A program made the position numbers and the translations under genes. A DNA stretch of 64,000 bases, taken from positions 1 through 64,000 of the forward strand of contig JAVBWN010000016.1 of assembly GCA_036677365.1 (NCBI GenBank), given 5' to 3'. Under the pieces are notes generated by a model. That model ran no database searches, had not been told where the DNA came from, and saw only the letters and a program-made list of their open reading frames with translations. Of the stretch, positions 1 to 14,400 are shown in pieces. The stretch is from Acholeplasma sp. GTDB taxonomy: Bacteria > Bacillota_I > Bacilli_A > Acholeplasmatales > UBA5453. Numbering within the stretch: position 1 is the first letter of the stretch; every line of letters begins with the position of its first letter.

Positions 1-105
1 TTCACAATACGCGTATTTAATACCAAGTTTATAGTAGACTTATATAAAACTGATTGAAAGAACATTCGGAAAGCGAACAATAAAAGACGAACTTTCCTAG
101 TAAAC

Positions 106-129
106 AAAAAAAAGAAGGCCGGAGCCTTA
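106..129 (-). terminator. Intrinsic terminator after jag
   Basis: Minus strand aaggc-tccg-gcctt hairpin followed by a T-run at the jag stop. Confidence 0.7.
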
Positions 130-750
130 CTTCTTTCTTGGTTTAATGACGATTTGTCTGTTTTCGCCTTCACCTTCAGATTCTGTATAAACGTCGCGCC
201 ATTCTGCCAATTTGGTATGAATAATGCGTCTTTCATAAGAATTCATGGGGTCTAAGCGTACTTCAACTCTGGTAAACGCGACTTCTTTTGCAAGTTTGGT
301 TGCGAGAATTTCGAGTTGTTTTTTACGGTTTTGTTTGTATTGACCGATATCGAGAGATACAGTTAATTTTTCGTCGGTATAGTTGTGTAAATAAGTCTTT
401 AAAAGGGTTTGGATTGCATCGAGTGTCTTACCATCTCTACCGATCAAAAGTGCATTTTCTTTGCTTTGAATTTGATAGTAGATTTCAGTGCCTTCATTGA
501 GTGATCTAAACTCAGTTTTAACGTCGATTTCTAATGATTGGAAGATGTTATCTAAATACTTCTTACCTTCTAAAGCAAGGTTGACTTCTAGGAGTGCTTC
601 ATATAAAGTGGATGCACCAATCCCTAAGAATCCTTTGTTTTCTTTGACAGCCGTAATCTTAATGTATTGTAGTGGCATTTTGAACGCTTCTACTGCTTTA
701 AGTTCAGCTTCTTTTAGGTTTTTAGCTTCAAATTCAACTTTCTTTGTCAT
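127..750 (-). CDS. jag: Jag/EloR (KhpB) RNA-binding protein (Jag_N, KH, R3H)
   Basis: KH motif LIGRDGKTLDAIQ, R3H motif PMNSYERRIIH; canonical position downstream of yidC. Confidence 0.95.
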   Translation of the reverse strand: MTKKVEFEAKNLKEAELKAVEAFKMPLQYIKITAVKENKGFLGIGASTLYEALLEVNLALEGKKYLDNIFQSLEIDVKTEFRSLNEGTEIYYQIQSKENALLIGRDGKTLDAIQTLLKTYLHNYTDEKLTVSLDIGQYKQNRKKQLEILATKLAKEVAFTRVEVRLDPMNSYERRIIHTKLAEWRDVYTESEGEGENRQIVIKPRKK

Positions 751-754
751 AAGT

Positions 755-1666
755 TTAACCTACCAAGTCCTTATTTTTCATCTTTTCGTATTTCTTCTCA
801 TTGAGATAACGATTTATGAGATTTTGACCGATTGAATAAATGTTACCGACTACCCAGTAAAGGGCAAGTGAATTACTTGTTAGCGAGATTGAAAACATCA
901 TGAAGACCATAAAATATTGCATATACTTCATCATCTTTTGTGTTTGTTCTGCTTGTGTGCTTTGTGGGTTGTGTGCAGCTGTATTCTTAGAATATGCTGG
1001 TTTCTTCATAGCGAGGTAGTTCAATGCGAACATGGTACCACCAACGATGATTGCAAGGATCCACCCTGCTAAGTCACCAGATTGACCATAGATTGCACCG
1101 AAATTTCCTTTAGATGACAAGTCAATACCTAAAAACAGCTGGTTGCTAACACTATTTGCAAACGATCCAAATAGAGTCCCTTCTTCATTTTTTACAATCC
1201 ATATTCTTTGTACGACTTGATACATCGCTAAGAAGATTGGCATTTGGAGGAATGGCATTAAACATCCCATGAAATTGATGCCGTACTTTTTGTAGACAGC
1301 CATCATTTCCATTTGCATCTTTTGTTGTGATTCTGGATCTTTACGAGTTGCGTATTTCGCTTGAACACGTTGCATTTCTGGTTGTGCTACCGCCATCTTA
1401 ATGCTCAAGTCATTGCTCTTCGCATAAATTGGCCATGCAATCGTACGAACAATGATCGTAGTGATGATGATCCCCATAGCGAAACTATTGTTAAATAATG
1501 CTCCGAAGAATTGCATAATCCACGCAATCGGAATGACAAGTAACCAATCAAACCAATCACCTTTGCCTATTACAATAGGGACCGTTGTGTTTCCACTACA
1601 TCCAGATAGAACCACTAACAAAGTCATTACAATAAAAACAGCAACGATTTTTTTATAATTTCTCAT
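755..1666 (-). CDS. yidC: Membrane protein insertase YidC/SpoIIIJ (lipoprotein signal)
   Basis: LSGC lipobox, IITTIIVR, GCLMPFLQMPIF, LALYWVVGN; synteny with rnpA and jag. Confidence 0.95.
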   Translation of the reverse strand: MRNYKKIVAVFIVMTLLVVLSGCSGNTTVPIVIGKGDWFDWLLVIPIAWIMQFFGALFNNSFAMGIIITTIIVRTIAWPIYAKSNDLSIKMAVAQPEMQRVQAKYATRKDPESQQKMQMEMMAVYKKYGINFMGCLMPFLQMPIFLAMYQVVQRIWIVKNEEGTLFGSFANSVSNQLFLGIDLSSKGNFGAIYGQSGDLAGWILAIIVGGTMFALNYLAMKKPAYSKNTAAHNPQSTQAEQTQKMMKYMQYFMVFMMFSISLTSNSLALYWVVGNIYSIGQNLINRYLNEKKYEKMKNKDLVG

Positions 1667-2003
1667 TCATGTGCTCCGCTTTCTTAAATTTTGATAAATG
1701 TTTTAAGATGTTCGCTTCGATTTCTTGAAATGAAAGGGTGCTTGCATCTTTTTTAACGACAATCACGTAATCTAAAGGAGATAACCCTTTAGCCTGGTTA
1801 TGCAGGATCATTCGGATTTGACGTTTGATTTTGTTTCTTTGTACAGCGCCACCATATTTTCTTCCGATAGATATGGCGAATCTGAAATGTGCTAAGGCAT
1901 TATCTTTGTAGTATACTACAAAGGATTTATCTCCTACGCTTTTTTTGTTTTGTATAATCGCATCGATTTCGTTATTTTTTTTGATTCGATATACCTTTTT
2001 CAT
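1653..2003 (-). CDS. rnpA: Ribonuclease P protein component
   Basis: RFAISIGRKYGGAVQRNKIKR (RNR motif); follows rpmH. Confidence 0.95.
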   Translation of the reverse strand: MKKVYRIKKNNEIDAIIQNKKSVGDKSFVVYYKDNALAHFRFAISIGRKYGGAVQRNKIKRQIRMILHNQAKGLSPLDYVIVVKKDASTLSFQEIEANILKHLSKFKKAEHMNEKL

Positions 2004-2029
2004 GTTAAGGTTTTGTTTTTAAAATAAAA

Positions 2030-2075
2030 GGACTACTCAAAAAGTGCGCGTTCGCATATTTTAATCGAGTAGTCC
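2030..2075 (-). terminator. Long hairpin between rpmH and rnpA (terminator/attenuator)
   Basis: GGACTACTC (2030-2038) / GAGTAGTCC (2067-2075) inverted repeat with inner pairing; T-rich tail on the minus strand. Confidence 0.55.
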
Positions 2076-2101
2076 AGGTTGTTTTAAAATGTTGTATTCA
2101 G

Positions 2102-2236
2102 TTATACAGTTAACGAAGCGCGTCCTTTAGCTCTACGACGTGATAGAACGAGTCTGCCACCGACTGTAGCCATACGTGCTCTAAAACCGTGAGTCTTTAC
2201 GCGTTTAAGTTTACTTGGTTGATATGTTCTTTTCAT
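2102..2236 (-). CDS. rpmH: 50S ribosomal protein L34
   Basis: [22 protein letters not shown]; true start is the ATG at 2236 after an AGGTGG SD (ORF track over-extends). Confidence 0.97.
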   Translation of the reverse strand: MKRTYQPSKLKRVKTHGFRARMATVGGRLVLSRRRAKGRASLTV

Positions 2237-2359
2237 AAATAAACCACCTTTCTCACGAAACCATGCGTGTATTATTATATAAATATAGAAATCAAAAGTC
2301 AACCCAAATCGATAATAATTTTAAGCAATCATTTTTCATTGTCTATGGTCCTCTAGTGC

Positions 2360-2540
2360 AATAAAGTTATTCACACTTTTTTGTGGAAAACTTTCCCCCA
2401 CTTTATCCCCAATTGTGGATATCTTTGAAAGTCAATGAAAATAGGTGGTTAAGCCATTATAAGGATACTTTTAATTCACAATCCCGATTTTAATGATTGG
2501 TTTATATAAAAGTTTTCCACAATTTTAGTGGATAAGATTT
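2360..2540. promoter_or_regulatory. oriC, DnaA-box cluster upstream of dnaA
   Basis: One-mismatch TTATCCACA boxes at 2367-2375, 2382-2390, 2403-2411, 2414-2422, 2513-2521 and 2527-2535. Confidence 0.85.
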
Positions 2541-2598
2541 TGATACACTCTCATGCGTATGTGCTAATATATGTATACGAGAAGTTTGGAGTGAAAAT

Positions 2599-3963
2599 AT
2601 GAAAGAATATGATGCATTATGGGGTCAGATTTTGGATACGCTGAGATCATCCTATTCAGATGAAATTTACGAGGATCTGTTTGAACCTCTTTCATCTGTG
2701 AAAAAAGTCTCAGGTGGCTACATCTACGTGATTGCACCTTCTGTGTATGTTAAAGACCGTATAAATCGATTATACCTTACCAGAATCAATTCATTGGCAG
2801 ATTCCTTATATAAAAAAGAACTAATAAAATTTAAATTTGTGCTCGCTTCTGATCTGGTTGGCGAAGAAATGCTTGTCGGACCAGAGAAGAACTTAGATAA
2901 GAAATATCGCACAGGCAATTTGATTGCTACCCTCAGTTTTGATAACTTTGTCGTTGGTAAATCCAATCGATTCGCCTTCCAAATGGCTTTAAAAGTGGCT
3001 GACCAACCTGGTATTGTTGCTAACCCGTTTTATATTTTTGGTGATGTAGGGTTGGGTAAAACACACCTCATGCAGGCAATTGGTAACTACATTTTGGATA
3101 ATGATATCAATCAAAAAGTATTGTATATTAAAGCATCTGATTTTATCGAAGAGCTTGCGGATCAAATAAAAAAAGAAAAAATGGACCAATTCAACGAAAA
3201 GTATCGTGATTTAGATGTTTTACTTATTGACGATATTCAAATGCTTGCTGGGGCACCAAAAACCCAGATGGAATTCTTCCGCTTATTTGACTTACTATCA
3301 CAACAAAATAAGCAAATCGTCATTACTTCCGATAAACCAGCTTCAGAACTTAAAAATATCATGTCTCGCTTGAGTTCTCGATTTGAACAAGGGTTGGTTG
3401 TAGACATCGGTATCCCTGATTTGGAACACAGAGTAGAAATTCTAAGGAAAAAACTTTCTACCGAAGCACCCGATGTTATGGATATCAATCCTCAAGTACT
3501 CGAATTCATTGCGAGTTACTTTACAACCAATGTGAGAGAACTTGAAGGCGCATTAAAACGTGTTTTATTCTATTGTGTCACCAATAATATCGATATAACC
3601 GTTGATACAGCAGCCGAAGCGTTGGATACTTTGATTAAAACAAGGAAAAAAACAGAAGCTTTAACTGAAAATAATTATGATCGTATTCAAAGTGTCGTCA
3701 GTGATTATTACAGTATCAGTGTTCATGATCTAATTGGAAAAAGACGCAACGCTAAGTTTACTTTACCGCGTCATATAGCCATGTATCTAATTAAAAACAA
3801 ATATAATATTGCTTATCAAACCATCGGTGCTTTATTTGGTGGTCGTGATCATTCAACGGTTTTAGCTGCTTGTGAAAAGATTGAGAATGATTTAAAGCAC
3901 AATGAGCAATTGAAGTTAGCGATTGATAATATTCTTAAAAAAATCGATAAACCAAGCAACTAA
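2599..3963 (+). CDS. dnaA: Chromosomal replication initiator DnaA
   Basis: FDNFVVGKSN, Walker A GDVGLGKTHL, LLIDDIQ, NVRELEGAL, FGGRDHSTV. Confidence 0.99.
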   Translation: MKEYDALWGQILDTLRSSYSDEIYEDLFEPLSSVKKVSGGYIYVIAPSVYVKDRINRLYLTRINSLADSLYKKELIKFKFVLASDLVGEEMLVGPEKNLDKKYRTGNLIATLSFDNFVVGKSNRFAFQMALKVADQPGIVANPFYIFGDVGLGKTHLMQAIGNYILDNDINQKVLYIKASDFIEELADQIKKEKMDQFNEKYRDLDVLLIDDIQMLAGAPKTQMEFFRLFDLLSQQNKQIVITSDKPASELKNIMSRLSSRFEQGLVVDIGIPDLEHRVEILRKKLSTEAPDVMDINPQVLEFIASYFTTNVRELEGALKRVLFYCVTNNIDITVDTAAEALDTLIKTRKKTEALTENNYDRIQSVVSDYYSISVHDLIGKRRNAKFTLPRHIAMYLIKNKYNIAYQTIGALFGGRDHSTVLAACEKIENDLKHNEQLKLAIDNILKKIDKPSN

Positions 3964-4075
3964 TGTGTGGTAAAATTGTGGGCAATATGTTATAATTATA
4001 TTGTAAGTAAGCGGTTATTGGGGTTTTCCACAATCCCACATCAACTAACAATAATAATGAATTAGAAAAGAAGAA
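3964..4075. promoter_or_regulatory. oriC, dnaA-dnaN intergenic part (DnaA boxes plus putative unwinding element)
   Basis: TTTTCCACA at 4024-4032, weaker boxes near 3966-3985, followed by a CTA-ACA-ATA-ATA triplet run and AT-rich sequence. Confidence 0.7.
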
Positions 4076-4092
4076 TAAAAAGGAGAAAAATT

Positions 4093-5223
4093 ATGGTCTT
4101 TAGTATTAATCAAGATGTTTTATTAGATACACTGAATGTAATCCAAAGAGGCTTACCAGTCAAAACACCACTACCTGTTTTAAATGGCATTAAACTTGAA
4201 GTGTTTGAAGATCATCTGGTATTCACTGCCTCAAATACCGATATCGCTATTCAAACCATTGTTAGCGATGAATCCTTAGTTATTACTTCCCCAGGTAAAG
4301 CGGTTATCCCTGGTAGATACTTCATCGAAATCATGCGTAAGATTGTATCGAATCGCGTTGAAATTTCTCTTATTGAAAATAAGATGATGGTAATTAAAGC
4401 GGATCGTTCTGAATTCAAACTTAGAGTGATGGAAGCTGAAGATTACCCTGATGTTGACTTCCTAGATTTAGGCAAACCAATTGTGCTAGAAGCTAAGACA
4501 CTCAAAGCGATCATCAAAGAAACCAACTACGCCACTTCACAATATGAAAAACGTCCAATCCTAACAGGTGTTAATCTTAAACATGAAGATGATAAGTTGT
4601 ATTGCGTCGCTACAGACTCTTACAGACTCTCACAAAAGATTTTACCGCTATCACACGATTACGAATCATTTAACATTGTTATTCCGAACCGTAGCCTAGA
4701 TGAGTTATCTAGAACATTGGATTCGATCAATGAAGAAGTCTCAATGTTCATTAATCCTAACAAAGTGTTATTCAAGTTTAAAAACATTTTGTTCCAAACC
4801 AGATTGTTAGATGGTGTTTATCCAGATACCCTTAGAATCATTCCAAAAGAATTTCCGATCGTGGTTAAATTCAACAAGGAAGAGCTTCTAAAAGCGGTTG
4901 AACGTGTCAGCGTCTTAAGTCCACGTGAAAAAGATAACAACTATAACATTGTAAAGTTAAATATTCGCCCAGATTATATAGTTGAAGTTTCCTCAACAAA
5001 CAACGAAGTTGGTGACGCGGTTGAAGAAATCGTTCCAGCGGATGATGTGGTAGGACCAATCATCAAGATTGCTTTTAACTCGAAGAATTTAACCGACGCA
5101 CTAAAAGCATTCAATTCAAATGAAGTATCGATTAATTTTGCTGGTGAAATTAAACCATTTGTCATCAAAGGTGAGTTAGATCCAGACATGCTTCACTTGA
5201 TTTTACCTCTACGAATTGAATAA
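4093..5223 (+). CDS. dnaN: DNA polymerase III beta clamp
   Basis: RPILTGV, VATDSYRLS, RLLDGVYPD, C-terminal LILPLR; follows dnaA. Confidence 0.98.
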   Translation: MVFSINQDVLLDTLNVIQRGLPVKTPLPVLNGIKLEVFEDHLVFTASNTDIAIQTIVSDESLVITSPGKAVIPGRYFIEIMRKIVSNRVEISLIENKMMVIKADRSEFKLRVMEAEDYPDVDFLDLGKPIVLEAKTLKAIIKETNYATSQYEKRPILTGVNLKHEDDKLYCVATDSYRLSQKILPLSHDYESFNIVIPNRSLDELSRTLDSINEEVSMFINPNKVLFKFKNILFQTRLLDGVYPDTLRIIPKEFPIVVKFNKEELLKAVERVSVLSPREKDNNYNIVKLNIRPDYIVEVSSTNNEVGDAVEEIVPADDVVGPIIKIAFNSKNLTDALKAFNSNEVSINFAGEIKPFVIKGELDPDMLHLILPLRIE

Positions 5224-5238
5224 CTAAATACACCCAAG

Positions 5239-5271
5239 AAGCCTTGAAATTTCCGTTTTAAGGCTTTTTTT
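5239..5271 (+). terminator. Intrinsic terminator after dnaN
   Basis: aagccttgaaa...ttttaaggctt hairpin plus T-run. Confidence 0.7.
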
Positions 5272-5372
5272 GTTTTTCATCGTTGTTGGTATTAAAATCA
5301 GCAAAAATCGAAAATAAAAGGCACTAAAATCCTTATATTATGATATAATATAATCAAGCGAGGTATACGAAC

Positions 5373-5580
5373 TTGAAAACATTTAAGATTGAGGGCGTTG
5401 AATTCATCACTTTGGGGCAGTTTGTAAAGGCTGCAGGATTCGTCTCCACGGGTGGTATGGTTAAACCGTTTTTAGAAGAAACTAAGATTTTATATAACGG
5501 CGAACCAGAAAACAGACGAGGCAAAAAAATCTATCCAAAAGATAAAGTTCAAATTGGTAAAGACGTCTACATCTTTGAAC

Positions 5581-5588
<8 letters not shown>
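5373..5588 (+). CDS. yaaA: S4-domain protein YaaA
   Basis: ITLGQFVK...GGMVK...ENRRGKKIY; lies between dnaN and recF; TTG start. Confidence 0.9.
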
Positions 5589-8530
<2,942 letters not shown>

Positions 8531-8544
8531 GAGGGCAGGTAAAC

Positions 8545-11190
8545 ATGAACGATCTAGAAAAAGACTTAGTGTTAGAATCTGAAGCCGAAAAGAAAGAAGA
8601 CAACGGCGGATCAGATTATATTCACGGTAAAATCAAAGAACTCAACATCGCGACTGAAATGAAGACATCCTTCTTGAACTACGCGATGAGCGTCATCGTT
8701 AGCCGCGCGCTTCCTGATGTTCGAGATGGTTTAAAACCAGTTCAAAGACGTATTTTGTACGCAATGAACGACTTAGGTATGTATGCCGATAGACAGCACA
8801 AAAAATCCGCGAGAATCGTCGGGGAAGTCATCGGTAAGTATCACCCACATGGGGACTCTTCCGTGTATGAAGCGATGGTCCGTATGGCTCAAGATTTCAA
8901 CTACCGTTACCCACTGGTAGATGGGCATGGTAACTTTGGTTCTGTCGATGGCGATGGTGCCGCAGCGATGCGTTACACCGAAGCGAGAATGTCTAAAATA
9001 GCAATGGAACTCGTCAGAGACATCGAAAAGGAAACCGTCAATTTTGGCGACAACTACGACGGGTCTGAACATGAGCCTTTGGTGATGCCTGCGCGATATC
9101 CTAACCTGTTGGTCAATGGCGCTACCGGGATTGCTGTCGGGATGGCAACCAACATTCCACCACACAACCTAGGGGAAGTCATCGATGGTATTCAAGCCTT
9201 GATGGATAACCCAGATTTGACAGACATCGATTTGATGGATTATGTCAAAGGGCCGGACTTTCCTACGGGTGGTCACATCCTTGGTTTGGGTGGTTTAAGA
9301 CAAGCCTATACCACTGGCCGTGGTACGGTAACCATCCGTGCCGTGACCGAAATCATCGAAGGTAAAGGTGGCAAAAACACCATCATCGTTAAACAAATTC
9401 CTTACCAAGTCAATAAGACCAAGCTCATCGAAAGAATCGCTGAGATTGCGAAAGAAAAAATGGTTGAAGGAATCACCGATTTAAGAGATGAATCCAACCG
9501 TAAAGGGATGCGTATTGTGATTGAACTCCGTAAGGATGTCAACCCACACGTCATGCTAAATAACTTGTATAAACTCACTGAAATGCAAAGCAACTTCTCT
9601 ATCAATATGATCGCTTTAGTTGGCAACCAACCAAAGACCATCACCTTGAGAGATGCCTTATATTATTACATCCAACATCAAATTGAAGTCATTCAAAGAA
9701 GAACCATTTTTGATTTGAGAAAAGCAGAAGAACGCAAACACATCTTAGAAGGTTTGGTCATTGCTTTAGAAGACATCGACAACATCATTGAACTCATTAA
9801 AAAGAGCAACACAGGTGATGATGCGAGAACTGCCTTGATGGCAAACTACCCACTCGATGAAATTCAAGCCAGAGCCATCCTCGATATGAGACTTCAACGT
9901 TTGACAGGTCTAGAAATCGAAAAGATTAGAGAAGAAGATTTGGATCTTGCAGTGAAAATTGCCGATTACAAAGACATCATCTCAAGTGACCTCAGAAAGC
10001 ATCAAATCATTAAACAAGAACTTTCTGAAATCAAAGAAAAATACAATGATGCTAGAATGTCATCCATCAGTTTACATGATAATGATTTGAACATTGAAAA
10101 CGAAGATTTAATTCCAGTTGAAGATGTCATCATCACAGTAACACACAACGGTTACATCAAACGCATGTCTATGGATGAATACAAAGCTCAAAATCGCGGT
10201 GGCGTTGGTATCAATTCCATCAAGATGCATGACGATGACTTTGTTGAACACATTCAAATGACCAATACACACTACTATCACCTATTCTTCACGAATAAAG
10301 GTAGAGTCTATAAGATCAAAGGTTACCGTATCCCTGAAGGTTCAAGACAATCTAAGGGATTACCAATTGTCAACCTCCTACAATTTGAGAAAGATGAAAC
10401 CTTGGTCACATTCACTCAAGTTCAAAACTTTGAAGACGAAAATGCATTCTTATTCTTCACAACCAAGAAAGGTGTCGTTAAACGTACACCAATTAGTGAA
10501 TATCAAAACATCCGTACCAATGGAATCATCGCACTTAACCTAAGAGAAGACGATGAATTGTTGGCAGTTAAACTCACCGATGGTAAATCACACATCATCC
10601 TTGGCGCATCCAATGGTAAAGCCATTCGATTCGATGAAAACGATGTGCGTTCGATGGGTAGAACCGCTACCGGTGTCCGTGGTATGGAATTAGAAGAAAC
10701 TGAAGAAATCGTTGGTATGACGTATGTTGAATCTGACGATGAAGAAATCTTAGTAGTCACTGAAAAGGGCTATGGTAAGCGCAGTCTAGCCGATGAGTAT
10801 CGTCTCCAAATTCGTGGTGGTAAAGGGGTTAAAGCCTTAAACGTCACCGAAAAGAATGGTGCTTTAAGAGCATTAAGACGTGTCACACCAGAAGAGGATG
10901 TCATCATCGTGACCGACCGCGGTATGGTCATTCGTACCCACATCGCACAAATCGCTCAAACCAGACGTGCTACCCAAGGGGTTCGCATCATGAGTTTGAA
11001 AGATGAACAAGCAGTAGTGACACTCGCCGTTGTTCCGCATGAAGAAGTCCCTGAAGTAGAGCAACCTGTGGTAGAACAAGTGGCATTAGACTTAGAAACC
11101 AAGACCAAAGTGGTCGATATCGTTGAGGTATCCGCTGAAGAGGTCAAGGCAGAAACCGTTAAACCAAAAGAAAATCTATTCGATCTATAA
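8545..11190 (+). CDS. gyrA: DNA gyrase subunit A
   Basis: [20 protein letters not shown] active site, GyrA-box QNRGGVG, acidic C-tail. Confidence 0.99.
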   Translation: MNDLEKDLVLESEAEKKEDNGGSDYIHGKIKELNIATEMKTSFLNYAMSVIVSRALPDVRDGLKPVQRRILYAMNDLGMYADRQHKKSARIVGEVIGKYHPHGDSSVYEAMVRMAQDFNYRYPLVDGHGNFGSVDGDGAAAMRYTEARMSKIAMELVRDIEKETVNFGDNYDGSEHEPLVMPARYPNLLVNGATGIAVGMATNIPPHNLGEVIDGIQALMDNPDLTDIDLMDYVKGPDFPTGGHILGLGGLRQAYTTGRGTVTIRAVTEIIEGKGGKNTIIVKQIPYQVNKTKLIERIAEIAKEKMVEGITDLRDESNRKGMRIVIELRKDVNPHVMLNNLYKLTEMQSNFSINMIALVGNQPKTITLRDALYYYIQHQIEVIQRRTIFDLRKAEERKHILEGLVIALEDIDNIIELIKKSNTGDDARTALMANYPLDEIQARAILDMRLQRLTGLEIEKIREEDLDLAVKIADYKDIISSDLRKHQIIKQELSEIKEKYNDARMSSISLHDNDLNIENEDLIPVEDVIITVTHNGYIKRMSMDEYKAQNRGGVGINSIKMHDDDFVEHIQMTNTHYYHLFFTNKGRVYKIKGYRIPEGSRQSKGLPIVNLLQFEKDETLVTFTQVQNFEDENAFLFFTTKKGVVKRTPISEYQNIRTNGIIALNLREDDELLAVKLTDGKSHIILGASNGKAIRFDENDVRSMGRTATGVRGMELEETEEIVGMTYVESDDEEILVVTEKGYGKRSLADEYRLQIRGGKGVKALNVTEKNGALRALRRVTPEEDVIIVTDRGMVIRTHIAQIAQTRRATQGVRIMSLKDEQAVVTLAVVPHEEVPEVEQPVVEQVALDLETKTKVVDIVEVSAEEVKAETVKPKENLFDL

Positions 11191-11195
11191 TCAAT

Positions 11196-11228
11196 AGCTG
11201 CAATCCCACCGTGGGGTTGCAGTTTTTT
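11196..11228 (+). terminator. Intrinsic terminator after gyrA
   Basis: ctgcaatcccac-c-gtggggttgcag hairpin plus T-run. Confidence 0.85.
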
Positions 11229-11417
11229 TATTCATATACGCATAAAATATTAAAAAACAGTATAGAAAATCTCAAAAATGATAAAAATGATGAATGTTTG
11301 TGGATAATAAGTTGTTTTTTATAAACGATAGATATATATTGAAAGTGAAAACAACCATTCTGAGTATAATACTCATTTATCCAATATCCGTTTGTGCATA
11401 TAAAGGGGGAGAACTTC

Positions 11418-14400
11418 ATGCGTAAACTTTTAACTGTATTGGCATTCTTGCTGATTTTTTTGACTGCATGTAATCAAACGAGTGAAATCAAGATTACATT
11501 CATTGAGAACGGCGGTGTCGAACTCGAAGATTTAACCATCAAGACCACCGACACTTCCATCGATTTACCAACCCCAGTTCGGGATGGTTATACATTTGAT
11601 GGTTGGTTTACGGATGAAGATCTCACCATCCCATTCACCATCGCATCCTTACTCACCCAATCGGGCGGGATTACGGTATATGCGAAATGGACCCAAATCA
11701 TCAATCAATTTACGGTTACCTATCAAACCAATGGTGGCTCAACCATTGCACCTGTGGTGTACGCCTCAGGCGCAACAGTGATTGAACCAACCGATCCAAC
11801 CAAAGAAGGGTATACGTTTGTTGGATGGTTTGAAGACAGCGCTTTATTGTCACCTTATACCTTTGGTCCAATGCCGGAATCCAATTTGACGCTTTACGCC
11901 AAATGGACCATCAACCAATACACCATTTCATTTGAATCAAATGGTGGTTCAAGCGTAGCTGCAATCACAGCAGACTATCAAGCAACAATTACTAAACCAA
12001 CCAATCCTACGAAAGTGGGTTACACATTCGTCGATTGGTTTGTTGAAGCTACCCTAACCACACCATACGTATTCAATCAAATGGGTGCTAGCAACATCAC
12101 CCTATACGCGAAATGGCAAATCAACACGTACACCGTCTCATTTGAATCCAATCAAGGGACACTTGTAGCATCCATCATGACCGATTATAATACAGCCATC
12201 ACCCAACCTACTGACCCTACCAAGGTGGGCCATACCTTTGGTGGTTGGTATACAGATGAAACACTCACCATCCCATTTGTGTTTACAACACCAGTGACAC
12301 AAGCGTTTACGTTATACGCGAAATGGGACATCAATAGTTATACAATGACATTCAATACCCTTGGTGGGTCGCCAATCAATCCTGTGACACAAAGCTATGG
12401 TTCAGTCATTACCATACCAAACCCAGCCAAAGAAGGCTATGATTTTGCTGGATGGTATAGCAATGAAACGCTCACCACGCCATACACCGTAGGCACGATG
12501 CCAGATACCAACATGACATTGTACGCGAAATGGACAGCGAGCCCATACACGATCACATTTAATACAAATGGCGGTACAACAGTCACAGCAATTTCAGCCA
12601 ACTACATGGATGCTGTTACCAAACCGGAAGACCCAACCAAAGTGGGTTACACATTTGATGGTTGGTATTCAGATGCCACATGGATTACACCATTCGTATT
12701 TACGACCATGCCGGTGGGTGGTGCTACATTACATGCGAAATGGATCATCAACACATACACCATCACATTCATCGTGAATGGTGGTACTACCATTCTTCCG
12801 ATGACTGCTGATTTTGAGTCAGCCATCACCGCACCAGAAACCACCAGAGTTGGGTATAGTTTCCAAGGTTTCTACACAGAATCCACTTTTGAAAATCTAT
12901 ATACATTTAACAAGATGGGTTCATCCGATATCACCTTATATGTGAAGTGGATGCCAATCCAATACAGCATTCATTTCATCAGCAATGGCGGGTCTGAAGT
13001 ATCTACCATTTATGGTATCATCGATGAAAATGTGACGAAACCGACAGATCCAACCAAACAAGGTCACACATTCATGGGTTGGTACACAGAATCTGAGTTT
13101 ACGACATTGTTCGTGTTCAATCAAATGCCTGTCGATGGCGCGGTATTGTATGCGAAATGGTCGATCAATAATTATCAATTAACCTACATCATTGAAGGCG
13201 CATTGATAAATCAAGAAATCGCCTATCAAAGCCAAATTACGTTGATGGCTCCACCACAAATAGAAGGATTCACCTTCGTGGGATGGCTAGAAAATGACAC
13301 CCCATTTACCTTAACAACCATGCCTGATCGTAATATCACTATTGTTCCGAAGTATGAACACAACATTTACACGATTAGCTTTGGTAATATTGTTAAATCT
13401 GAGATGCAAGTGAAGTATGCTGACCCGATTGCTATTGAACCACCTACCAAACCAGGGTACGCATTTACAGGTTGGTTCACTGATGAATTCTTACTCAATG
13501 AATTCACCCTCACACACATGCCTGCAAACCATATTCGTTTGTACGCACAATTTGAACCACTCGCGATTGAACTTCACCTACACATTGAAGACACGTATAC
13601 TCAAGTGTTGTTGATTGGTTATCAAGATAAATACATATTACAAACCCCAACGAGAGATGGCTATCAATTCTTAGGTTGGTATTTAGAAGATACATTTGAA
13701 ACCAAAGTATTTGACATCCAAATGGGTCTTGAACCGATCCATGTGTATGCGTTATGGAAACTTGATGAAGGCTATGACCTCATTGAAACCATATTGTTAT
13801 CTAAGCCTGTAGACCGCATCTTAGTCAAAGGGGTCATCACGTTCATATTCCCTAGACCGGGATTCCCAGGATTCTATGTTTCAGATGGCACTGGCAACAT
13901 CTTTGTTTTAGCGAACCCTACAGGATTTGTTGTGGGAGATGTCATCGAATTTGAAGCTTCTTATGATAATTTTGAACACACCCCTCAACTCATTAACCCA
14001 TCGGGTATGGTTCTTTCTACAGGCACATTTGATATGCCAAGTTTGACAACCCTCACCTATGAAGATGTCTTGAGATTGGATGAAACCAACCCATTGGTCT
14101 ATGGACAACGTGTCCAACTCGAAGCTTATTTAGGTTATGGTATGGGTGGCTTCTATCTACAAGCCCCATTCTCAGAGGACAAGATCATGATCAACTATCG
14201 TTCGATTGTGGATGATAACGTACTCATGCCATTCATCAATCAAACGGTCATTATTGAAGCGTACATCCATGATTTCCAATCGATGGCTGGTTTATGGCAC
14301 ATCGCTTATATTCCAAATAGCATGGATGTGCCTACATACACACCTGAAGACATCATTGACCAAGTGATCGTTTTAGGTACAACCCAACTTGAAGGTAGGG

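Noticed and set aside
11490..13760. Recurring DNA repeats (e.g. tacgcgaaatgg) at ~210-bp spacing, CRISPR-like at first glance
   Set aside because: These are the coding repeats of the InlB B-repeat domains, not repeat-spacer units; no cas genes are present.
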